From assembly GCA_029953675.1 (NCBI GenBank), contig JAMWBK010000004.1:1674001-1738000 (forward strand): DNA of 64,000 nucleotides, written 5' to 3'. The notes beneath the pieces were generated by a model. It did not search any database, had not been told where the DNA came from, and was given only the letters and a program-made list of their open reading frames with translations. Below, piece after piece: positions 38,823 through 50,971 of the stretch. The position numbers were made by a program, and so were the translations under genes. Every line of letters starts with the position of its first letter. Positions within the stretch are counted from its first letter, which is position 1. Source of the stretch: Rhodosorus marinus CCMP1338. Its lineage: Eukaryota > Plantae > Rhodophyta.

Positions 38823-41141
38823 TCTCCTTCAACCGCTCAAAAAAAAAACACAAAACCAACACACACGCCCTACACCAGGAAGAGAAAGGCCAAGCAAACA
38901 CACCAGTCTCTTCCCTCCTATCCTCTCCTCAAATACCTTTCCAGCAGATAATTAATCTTTCTCCCCGTATAGTCACCCTCTCGTCTTCAATCCAAAGCCT
39001 TAGTCTTTCCCCCCTCGTTTGTCAACTGTCACAAATCCCAAAGTTTCCAAACTGCAACCTCCCATCTAATATACATTAATACGAACCCGCCGAATTCCAC
39101 CAAAAAATTCACTTTCGATAGAATTCAGTCAAAATAAGGGCTCTTGCGTTAAGAACTCATGAAAATCCACTATTTGGTGTCTTTCAATCAAAATCGTGGA
39201 GCCTGAGGCCATTCAAGAACGAGTTTGTTTGCAACGTCCGTAGCTGTGTACATTGAACATTATTCATGGAGACGAAGGAGGGGGGAGGGGTTGGATATGG
39301 TGAAAGTGAAGAGTAACGGGATTTTTTCGGATTTTTTTTTTTGGATCGGAGAGATTGATAGGGTTTGGGGGTGAACTGATGGAAAGCGTTTGGGTCCGTA
39401 GTTGCTTCTAGGTCTTGTGATGCTGGGGCTGCTGGTAGAAGACGCAAACTTAGTGCAAGCGGAGGGAGTCTGGATCATTTAGTCCTTGACGGTTTGAGTG
39501 CCGGTATTGATCTTCGATCTCTCTGCCGCAGCGGGTTCATGTTTTGGGGGGTGGGTCTAGGCTGGGGTCTTACCCTATGTGCGTAGACTGGTCTCGTTGA
39601 TCACGTGCTGTGTTCGATCACGTCAAAGACGGCTTCTTCCCAACTTGCTCTCAAGTTACCCAAAGCTTCAAGTTCCCCTCCCTTTGCCGCAACCCCCACC
39701 TATTTTTAAACTCAAATATGATATTTAAAATTCCATTAAAATTACTTGTTCAATGTACTCAAACACCCTCCACAAAAAAATTCAAATAAAATTTTCTTCC
39801 CAAGGTATATATACTCAGTGGTTACATTACCACACCAAAATATTATATTAAATATTGAGTATTTTCAGTTTCTGGCCAATTGATGGCGGCTTTATGAAGA
39901 ATATCTGCACCTTGCCGTTTTTATTGATTCGAAAAAAAGTTGTGTCTTGGAATTTACGTTTTTGCCACCACTGTATCCAATCATTTACCGAGATGGGAGG
40001 GTGACTAAATGTCAATTCGTTTTATTGGATGATAATATTACACTAGAGTAAGAAACACTTTTTCCTAGAGGGGGGTTACTTTGTCGGAGACAATCTTCTC
40101 ATGCTTTTGTGGGTGGGGTTCTTTCATACTTTAATATTAATAAAAAGTGCACTTTCGTCGATTTCGTCGGCATGCGTAAGGGGTATCTGGTGCAGTGTCC
40201 GCTACGATTGAGCTCTTTAGCAAAGGGTTGTTTGAATCCTGTACTTCGAGTATGTAACCAATTATTGAATAGCATCTGTCCTCAATTGATTTACTCAGAA
40301 TATCAGGAAAGAAGACTATGAATTTAAAATATTTTGAGGTAGATATTATTTTATTGAAAATCAAATAGCGGTCATTGATCGATCCGAACGATGGATGAAA
40401 CAGGTTCTTGAGTGGGTAAGTTGCTCGAGAAGTCGGGACTGGCTGTGAGCGTTATGAGCTATGTGAAGAGTTCTTTTCCGGAGTCCAACGTGCGGATTGT
40501 GCATCGAAGCAAGGTAGCTCAGACTCTGCTCCTGTAGTTGCGGTTTCTAGAAACCGTCCTCGTCTTCGTTTCTATGTATAGATCCGGCAACTTTCGATGT
40601 TGCTCTGTTTGCTGTCAACGTTGATATCGATGCCGCTTTTTTAAAAAACGGAGTCTTTTGACGATCGCAAAGAAAAAGGAAAAAGGTCACCTCTCGTTTC
40701 CCGTTTTCGCCCTTCGTCACTTACGAACGAGTTGCACAGGGATCAGCTAATCGCTTGCGGAGATAAATTCGTGCAAGGCGATCGGCGGGGCCAGTCAGTA
40801 CCTCCTCGTTTGGATTTCGAAATTAGCTCACTCAAACTCTCCTATCACATTCCAGTTGCTGTCAGCTAAAGAGTGCCAAGAGCTGGGCAGCTGGCCTCGG
40901 GGAAGAATTCTCATGAACTCCCGCGGAACCTGACCGTTCCCTCTCAGAAGCCACCGACTTCACTGACACTGACATCAACCAGCGGCTACTAAGCCTTTAG
41001 TAACTCGGAGTTGTGTACAAGCGACAGAGCTTGCCAGAGCAGGCTTCAGTGGAAAGGGCAGATACCTCCTTTGACCGACGTACGCTCTTCTTGGTGGGAG
41101 CTAGATACTTGGGGAACTGGATTGTCGAATTTCGACTAGAT

Positions 41142-42309
<1,168 letters not shown>

Positions 42310-43527
42310 AATCAAAATCCGCTGAATGTTTCAGGACGACTAGGCCTTGAACCCTGGCCCCTGTGGGAGAGATGGAACAAGCGTTTGAGCTGAAGCGAAG
42401 GTTGTTCATGCAGAAACCATCAAATGTTTTCTTGTGAAAGTTTGATTGTCGCTGCTTCATGGACACACATGGACCAGAAAAGGAGCTGCCATGTGCCCAA
42501 CGCTTAGGGAATACAATCCTGCAGAAGGATGATCATGTGCGCTAACCTAACAGTGAGCTCACAATCGCCACAAAGTCTGTTTCTGTTTTTTGTCATCACA
42601 AGACACCGGCACTCTTATTCCCCTGTGACGATCCTGTCGAATCACCTAGAGCGTCTCTCAAACCGAGCAACGCTAAACAAGGTCAGCTGCCCACTTCCTC
42701 AGGCGAGGAACGGGATCCCCATCGCCACAATCAAATTATCTGCAAATCAGAAGAAACCATATCTCGTGCCTCAAAATTATTATTTCTTTTCAACATCAAT
42801 TGATACGAGAAGAATAGTAAACACTAAATTTCTACGAATTTGACTTATTTTAATACAATTCCAGATTATCAGCGTTAATTATGGTTTATTTAATCCACTA
42901 TTCTAATAGTGTACAAGATATATCATTTTTCTGTACCATGAACAACTAATACTCAACGCAATTGAAGGCAATAAATGGAATTGATTGCGTTTCCTATCAG
43001 TATTGAAGCTCCTGCTGTTTTAATTGGAAACTTCCAGCCAATCAACAGAGAAAATAAACACAAAAAACTTCAGGGTGGCCCACGATTTTCTGGGTAAAAC
43101 AGAAACCCATCCTGATCCTCCTTTTTTTGTGTGTTTTTTTAGACGTTCTTCAAATGGGGTAATATTGGATATAGTTTGTTGGGTTTGTTTTTTTTGGCCA
43201 AGCGGATGGCATCAACTTGGACGGTTTCTCGCTCTCTCAAAAAAGGGTTCAAAACAGAGAATCAGCGGAAAATTTGAGAACGAGCGTTTTTCTTTTTTTT
43301 GCCATCTTTGCAGCTTATGGACGTGGGACGCTGTTTGGGGGTTTCCTTGTGGGGAAGAGGAATATGAAGAGGGAAAGTTAGCCAGCAAGGAGATTGTGGA
43401 AGGCGCGAGGAAGAGGGGAAGGGGGAAGGGGGGATGTAGGGGGAGGGGTGGGGGATGGGTGGGGGGTTTTATTTCTTGGACAGTGCGTTTTGCGATCGTT
43501 CGGGGGGAGAAAAGTGTTTTGTTAGGC

Positions 43528-45316
43528 ATGGAGCGTTTGATATATGAAGGCAATGACTTGGCGGCACAGGCGAACAAGCTAGAGGTTGAGGCGCATGATA
43601 GCTACAACGTGGACAAGTACAAGGAGGCGCAGGAAAAGTATGCGCAGGCTGCGGAGAAGTACCATAAGGCCATGGGGGAGATCGATAGTGAGGAGGTGAG
43701 GAGTATGCTGAGGGAGAGGGTCACTGAAGCTATCCGGCGCGCGGAGAAGATCAAGGGCTGGCTTGAGCAAAACGAGAAAAAATTGAAAACCAAGGAGAAG
43801 CAAGAGAAGCGCTCCAATGGTAGCTCCAAAAAAACCAGCGCGACAAAGCCCAGTGCGGCAGAGTCCAGCGCGACAAGCGAAAAACAGGCAGCTGCCCTGG
43901 CCGCGAATGGGCTTCAGAAATCCCAGGATGGTGAGGAGCAAAAGGACGGTGCTGCAGCAACTGACAAACCTGGTGAGGGTGGTGGGATACCGAATTTCTT
44001 TGTTGCTTGTTGTTGAGGCTAGTTTCTTAAACACAAAGAGCAGCTCCTCTCCACCCAGAGAAACTGATTTACCGTCCTTACGAAACTCGTTCACAGAAAA
44101 CAAAAAGGTAGAGGATCCTGAGAAGGAAAAGTACCGGAAAGCTCTTACAAGCGCAATTGTCCAGGAAAAGCCGAACGTCAAATGGGACGATGTTGCTGGA
44201 CTCGAAGGAGCAAAGTCAGCATTGAAGGAAGCGGTGATACTTCCCATAAAGTTCCCCGAATTGTTTACAGGGAAGCGGGAACCATGGCGCGGAATCCTGC
44301 TCTACGGACCTCCGGGAACTGGAAAATCATTTCTGGCAAAGGTGTGGATCTGTCTCAATGGCCATGTTCGCACCCCAGGCGTAGTTTTCATACTAACAAG
44401 CGGTCCTACCCTTACAGGCAGTTGCCACAGAGGCAGACTCGCAGTTTTTCAGCGTGTCGTCTGCTGACCTCATCTCGAAATGGCAGGGTGAATCGGAAAA
44501 GCTCGTTCGGGAGCTGTTCAAGATGGCTCGGGAAAACAAGCCGTCGATCATTTTCATTGACGAGATTGACTCATTAGCTTCGAGCAGAAGTGATCAGGAG
44601 TCAGAGTCTGCTCGACGGGTGAAAACGGAGTTCCTTATCCAGATGCAGGGAGTGGGGAATGACTCTGGCGGAGTTTTAGTGCTGGGTGCTACGAACATAC
44701 CCTGGGGTCTGGATTCAGCTATTCGGAGAAGGTTTGAGAAGAGAGTTTATATTCCTCTCCCCGACGAACGAGCACGAGGGAGGATGTTTGAAGTACACCT
44801 GGGTATGTTTTGATCAAGGGGCGGTCCAGCCCACAACCTGCAGCTTTCTTGGAAGACCTCCAGGAAGTTAGTTTCGAGTCTTTTTGTTTGGTTCTCAATG
44901 GCTCTTTTCTCACTCTTCCTGATTTAGGCCCTACTGTACATTCTCTCACCAGCCAAGACTTCATTGAACTAGGAAAGAATTCCGACGGATATTCTGGATC
45001 GGACATAAACAACGTCGTGCGAGATGCGATTATGCAACCTGTGCGCACGCTGCAAAACGCGCAGTTTTTCACCGCTCAAATGGTCACTGATGAGAAGACG
45101 GGAGAGCAAGTTGAAAAGTGGAAACCATGCAGCCCTGGCGAGCCGAACGCGGTCCAGAAAACTCTTCATGATATTCCCTCGGGACGACTCATAGTCCCGG
45201 GCATCACAAGATTTGACTTTGACAAGGCCTTGATGTCTGTGAGACCCTCTGTCTCGGACGAGGACATTTCGCTGCACATTAAGTTCACTGAAGACTTTGG
45301 ACAGGAGGGCAACTGA
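43528..45316 (+). CDS. VPS4: VPS4 AAA-ATPase (MIT domain + AAA), 4 exons
   Basis: MIT helices [15 protein letters not shown]; [27 protein letters not shown]; Walker A GPPGTGKS; IIFIDEID; [11 protein letters not shown]; C-terminal [10 protein letters not shown]. Confidence 0.96.
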
Positions 45317-45569
45317 GCAACGGCGGTGCCCTGAACAGTTTTGATAGGGACTTACTGGAGGCCCGCCCAGGTACAGCCGGAGCTCGGATCGCGATGAGAT
45401 CTCTTGATTATTTCGTCTGCTGTTGATAATGAAGCAGTCAACTGAAAAACCGAAGCCACAACTACACACTACGATTTCGGGTGAATACAACACCTGAACA
45501 ACGAGCAGACCCGGGCCACCTTCGGCTTGAAGTGGATGCGAAGGTAAACCAAAAGAATCTTTCTCTGAG

Positions 45570-46790
45570 ATTCCAAAAATTCTCACCCGCGTGGTCTCGG
45601 TCTCGACCTCCAATGATTCATGTGGTGCTCTAGCATTGGTTCCCAATCCGGCTTTTTGCGCACTACCAATCTAAGCTCTGGTCTTAGATCACCGAATTCG
45701 CCCTTCATCGCTCCTGGACGCTTGGACCGGCCCAGATCTTCTGAACTGGTCCAAATCAGTGGCTCTTCCATGTCATGGAGGGTGGTGGACTCGACCTCCA
45801 AAGTATCAATCCCATCGCCTGCCAGTGGTGATCTAGCGTGGTTTTCTACGCACTGAAGATCTGATGTCTAGTTCAAAGCAAGGCAAACAGGCCTCCATGG
45901 CTACTAAACTGGTCCAAAACAATGGCACTCCTTCACAGCATTGAGCGTGGTGGGCTCGGCCGACAATATCGAGCCCGTTGCCTGGTAATCCCTTAAGGTT
46001 TACCACACACTACAGACCAAGGGTCTTGTTCCAAGGTCAACCAAACGGGTCTCAATGGCCTCCAAACTGGTCCAAAACAATGTCACTCTTCCATGTCCTT
46101 GAGGGTGTAAGCTGGACCTACAATGATCACGCCCGTTGCCTGCCAGCGGTTGTCCAGTCGGGTTTACCAACCACTGCAGACCCAACGTCTTGTTCCACAG
46201 CTCAGAACCAATGGATCTTAACCCACCCTGCGTGCGTGCGTGGCTGAACCCGTCCAGAACAATGGCTCCGTTTCATGTCAATAGTGGTGGCAGGCTCTAC
46301 CTACAACATCACCCGCTCGCATAGCAGAGGTGATCCATTCTGGTACCATTGCAACCCAAGCCCTACCTATCAAAAGGTCAGAACCAGCGGATCTCAACCA
46401 ATATTGTGAAAGTCCGTGCTTTGGCTCAACCAGACAGATTATGTACGAGGAGGCGCAATGAATGTCATCGGCATGACAAAGCTAATTGAGAAAGGATTCG
46501 ACCTTAGAACAGCGAATCGTACGTCTCTCGAAGTGCGTAATTTGCACAAATGTACCGGCACGCGTGGCTGAATTGGTCCAGAGCAATGGCCCTCTTTCAT
46601 GTGAACTGAGGTGGCAGGTTCGACTCATAATATCACCCACTTCGCGTTGTCAGCGGTGATCTATTCTGGTACTACTGCAGGTCTAAATGGCTTGTTCCAA
46701 GGTCAGAAACGAATGGATCTCAACCTAAACCCGTGCTTGAGCGCCTGACTGAATTGGTCCATAAGTAATGGCGCAACTCCAACTGGCGAC
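45570..46790 (+). repeat. Array A: 6-7 degenerate tandem units of ~160-180 bp with a tRNA-like head
   Basis: The core (G/A)AA(C/T)TGGTCCA.A.CAATGG recurs at about 45744, 45907, 46064, 46246, 46570 and 46751. The tail GTCTTGTTCCAAGGTCAGAACCAATGGATCTCAACC recurs in degenerate form. Confidence 0.88.
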
Positions 46791-46940
46791 GTTGATGTTG
46801 GCGTTTGACAACATTTTGTTGACCTCTATAAATTGAAATTTATACGCGTTCTCGTTGAGAAGGGTTTGGGAAAGTGGGACTGGAAGAGGAGGAGATGTGA
46901 GTTCGATTTAGGAATCGTGAATGGGAAAATTGGATCAGCT

Positions 46941-47979
46941 ATGGAAGGATTTGAAGCGTCTGAGGGGTATGGCAGTAGATCCAGCAGAATTCTCAGTGTG
47001 CTTCAGAATGTGTCATCGTGTGGGACGATCATGTTCGCTGGATCGTTGCTGTGGTTTGTGATCGGGAAGTTGACGCTAGGCAGCGGCGCACCTCGGGAGA
47101 ATCCGTTCTTTGTTGCGGACGCTGGATTGTGGAACGCGAGCAATGGGGAAACTGTACCGCCCGTACAGCTCCTCATTGTCTTCTTTGCGGCGTTCATTCC
47201 CACAATGCTGATTCTGGAGATCCTCGTACGAATCGGGAACTGGAGCTTTGCTGAGGTTGTGAGGAACTTCTTTCGTTTCGCTTTCGGATTGATTGGATCA
47301 GTTGCGATAACTGCTACCTTCGTTGACCTTGGCAAGTTGGCAGTCGGAGAGTACGAAAATTGTTTACTTAAAGCAAGTCTTTCCACTTCTTTGTACCTGA
47401 TGACAACTGAAACCCGTGGCCTGTCCTTCTGTTTTGCACCAAAGACTGAGACCAGACTTCTACGCCAGATGCTACGGGCACGAAGCAAGTTTACCAACTT
47501 CCACAATGTATTCCGACGTCGTCGATGACAACCAGGGCTGCAAGGAGGATGATCTTCATGTACTAAACACCGGGAGACGCAGCTTTCCAAGCGGACACGC
47601 AGGGCTAGCCATGGCCGGCTCTTTCTTCATGACGCTGTATTTACTATACGTAGCCAAAAGACTGAAACGCCCCTGGCTTTCACAGATCATATTCTTTGTC
47701 GCGCTGGTTCCGTTTTCCTACGGCCTTTGGGTATCGGTAAGTAGACAACTTGAGATCAATCGATCTTTCTTGCCATCGTTTCTTCAGGACAATCTTTCTG
47801 AGAACATCCTGCTTTCTCATCGTGCGGCTGCGCAGATGACCAGAGTAATCGACAATGTACATCATCCCGCGGACATCGTCGGAGGCGCTTTGCTTGGGAT
47901 GACTGTTTCCAGTCTCTACTACCTCTGGACGATCTCATTAGAACCAGGCGATCTAGACGCTGATAAGTACTTGGGATGA
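46941..47979 (+). CDS. PAP2/lipid phosphate phosphatase, copy 1, catalytic motifs intact, 3 exons
   Basis: C1 KLAVG|ELRPDF; C2 SFPSGH; C3 TRVIDNVHHPADI; several TM helices. Confidence 0.9.
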
Positions 47980-48509
47980 GGACAGTTTTCCTTCTGAGCA
48001 GGAGAAAAACGCTCTCAAACCCTTCGCGTCCGATATCATTCTGGACTTGTCAGGTCCGGACAGCGCTGGGAGAAAATGATGAAAGGTTGATTACCTAGAA
48101 CGAACAAGACAAAATCTATCAGAGCTGTGCAGGCGGCCCAGGTATGGCACGCCCATTTGCAGAAAACTTGCAGAGCTGATCGTTGTCACCATTAGCGACG
48201 GCTCCAACTAGCCCGTACCTGATAATGGCGATTGTACCCTCCCAGAGTCAGCGACCATGGCGTTTGGACAGGCTCCATGGAGCTTGTTCATAGCTGTCGT
48301 GACTGAGTGGGAGGCCAGTAGTCCTCAGATTACTATGGCAACCCGCGCGGTGCCAAGGCAGGGAGAAGAGCATGTCCTATTTGCTGGGAACCCATCTTAG
48401 GGAAACCTACGGAGCGCTCCAACAGTTTCGGGTCGAACTTCTAGTTTGTACGTGAATAAATGAACTTGAATATGGCGTGTCGAGGTGCCGTACGTGAAGG
48501 CAGGTTCTC

Positions 48510-49150
48510 CAAGCCGAGCTGGCTCAACCCGAGTGTATTGGTCGAAACTCGCGAACTTCGGAATCCTGGAATCTGCTGTTTGACCATATCAACTCGGACA
48601 AGTTCGAGATTGTATTCTTTGAAATACGTGTTGCTACTTATCGTCCTTAAGATAAGCTTCCTCAACCAGAGGGTCATCGTTAGCCTCGGGTTACAAGAGC
48701 TTGCACAACAAATACCTAGAGCTGGAATAGTCCAGTAGAAGATCTGCTACTTAACCATATGATCTTGGACTGGGCTCCAGATCGGGTTCCACGAAACGAA
48801 GACGAATTTCGTGACTTATCATCCAAAGCTAAGCTTTTGCAACCCGAGTGCCAAGGATGTGGTCGGGATTGCAAAAATTACCTAAAGCGCGAGTAATCAA
48901 GTTGCAGAACTACTAATCAACCACATGATCTTGGAGGCTCCAGATCGTGTTCCATTGAAGCAGTTTCGTCAGTTCTCCTCCAAAGCTAAGCTTTTTCAAC
49001 CTCTTCGAGGGCAAAAACTACCTAAGGCGGGTTTAGCCCAGTCGAGGATCCACTACTTAACCACATGATCTTAGACTGGCTTCCAGGTCGTGTTCCATCG
49101 AAGCAAGTTTTCGTCGTTTATCATCCAAAGCTATGCTTATTCAACATCGC
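48510..49150 (+). repeat. Array B: about 4 degenerate tandem units of ~145-170 bp
   Basis: CTACTTAACCA(C/T)ATGATCTT…CCAGATCGTGTTCCA…TCCAAAGCTAAGCTT…CAACC occurs at about 48747, 48910 and 49053, with a more decayed copy near 48571. Confidence 0.85.
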
Positions 49151-49458
49151 TACTTGGCTGTCACGTTGCTCGTGCAGCTCTGGTAGCGACATAGCCAGTG
49201 CATACACAACTCTGGATGGATATCTTCTTCAACCAACGGGAAAATGTTCAGGGTTGATAAATCAGGCAGGGACACTTGCTCAAACCTCTTTTCCGCAGGA
49301 TGAAGACGGGGAGGGGTTTGTTGGAGACTTAGTAGATAATCTGTTTCTTTATAAGTCTATTCTCTAAATCATCTTGGAAGAAGAAACGTCTCCTAACGGA
49401 GGCGAACGAGCGGCTAGAGATCGTAGTAGGAGGTGTAGGGTTGGGAGACGAGAAAACG

Positions 49459-50634
49459 ATGTCTTCGTTCTCGAGGCTGAAGACGGTTTGGGTCCATGTG
49501 GGACGAGCTGGGATCCTGTCGTTTCTGGTTTGTTTGATTGGATCGAGGTTGATAAAGGCAAAGCTTGAAGGTGATGGTCCTGTTCTGGTAAGGCTGTATT
49601 GATGAAGGGAGAGTTTAGACGGAGTTCGAGGACAGGTCTGACCCCTGGTCGTCCTTTTCGTTGGATTCGTTGGATTGTTTTAGAGGCCCTTTTTTCTTGG
49701 AGATACATCCTTGTGGTATGGACACGCTGCCTCGGATACAGTTGACACAGGAAGAATGTACTTGATTTTCGCGTTAATCTTCGTGCCAATGATTTTTTTA
49801 ATCGAAATGCTAACTGCCGTGGCATATGGAGACTATCTGAATCGATTCCTAGCTGCCATCCGGTTTTCCACCGGCGTTTTCGCGTCAATGGAGTTAACAG
49901 ACCTCCTTGTGGCCTTCGGGAAAGTACACGTGGGATGGTAAGGCGCTTTCTTTTTGCGCGAAAGAATCTCTGACACTTTCGTCCTCGTTAGGTCTCTGAC
50001 AAAAGCCAGTCTACATGGTTGCGCGCTTAGGCTTAGACCCGACTTTTATCAACGATGCATCGGATATGGTTCTGAAGACCCGGTAGAGCCGAATCTGGAA
50101 AACTTCGACAAAGTGATTCGCACAAACGAGGACTGCTCAGCGGACGCCCAGATGGCGAATATCACCCAGGGGCGGGTAAGCTTTCCAAGTGGGGCCAGCG
50201 GATTAGCGATCTCAGGTTGCTTCTTTCTGGTCCTTTACCTTCTCTATGTCAGCAATCGCTTCAAAGGATCCGTGATCAAGCAGCTGCTTTTCCTTTTTGC
50301 AACTGTTCCTCTCTATTACGGATCCTACGTCGGGGTATGGGACGATCTTGGCATTCCCCAAATCAGTTTTCCAAAAAAGCAAGCCGGTCACTGACGGGGA
50401 GGTGTGTTTGCGGTCTCTCGCTAGGTGTCTCGAATCTTCGACTTTCGCCATCATCCCGTCGATGTTGTCGGTGGAGCTCTACTTGGCATTGTGGTCAGCT
50501 CCCTGTACTATATGCTTTCGGTTAGCTTGGATGATGAGAGCAAGAATGAACCCGGTATAGAATGGATTCAAGCTCCCGATGAGGAGACCGATACTTCGTT
50601 GTACGCGTTCGATGCTGAGGATGATGATTACTAA
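49459..50634 (+). CDS. PAP2/lipid phosphate phosphatase, copy 2, with C2 His replaced by Ala, 4 exons
   Basis: MSSFSRLKTV…|RPFFLGDTSLWY; C1 KVHVG|WLRPDF; C2 SFPSGASG; C3 SRIFDFRHHPVDV; stop at 50634. Confidence 0.88.
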
Positions 50635-50971
50635 CTCCCCTTGGTTTACGAGCTTTCGTTCTCAGTCTTCTCTTAAGCTTTTTTACTCAAATAATAATGA
50701 AACTATTCGCAATGTGGCTTGTGGCCCTTGAATCCATGCAGCATGCACTAGCAATGCGTAACAGATAACTCAGACGATTCGCAACTAGCTTGTCAAGCCT
50801 TCAAATGGGAGTCCCTACCTTCAACGCTTCGCATGGGCTGCGAAACAGGTCACCGACAGCGCTTGCGAACCTGGAATCCTCGAAAACTCGACTTCTGGTG
50901 AATCAAAGAATTTACATATAACCCCCCCCGCCGTAGCGAGTTCCGCTCCGTAAAGTGTTGAGCCGCAGAGT

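Noticed and set aside
40380-40900. Possible small gene upstream of NTR (similar weak fragments at 11550-12000, 42320-42760, 53280-53620, 60170-60620)
   Set aside because: Short open stretches with occasional donor-like sites could not be assembled, and no homology was recognised.
43024-43527. N-terminal extension of VPS4 suggested by the ORF track
   Set aside because: It has a non-ATG start and runs through low-complexity T- and G-rich leader sequence. The MIT domain begins at ATG 43528.
46555-46640. A functional tRNA gene
   Set aside because: A and B boxes are present, but there is no acceptor-stem pairing and the anticodon and T stems are broken. Treated as a tRNA-derived repeat unit.
45570-49150. 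Arrays A and B as CRISPR-like repeat-spacer arrays
   Set aside because: Units are 145-180 bp and degenerate throughout, the apparent spacers are homologous to each other, there are no cas genes, and the context is eukaryotic.
50176-50198. GTAAGC…CAG as a micro-intron that would remove the PSGA motif of PAP2 copy 2
   Set aside because: It is only 23 nt, far below the other introns, and would shift the frame. The unspliced reading aligns residue for residue with copy 1.
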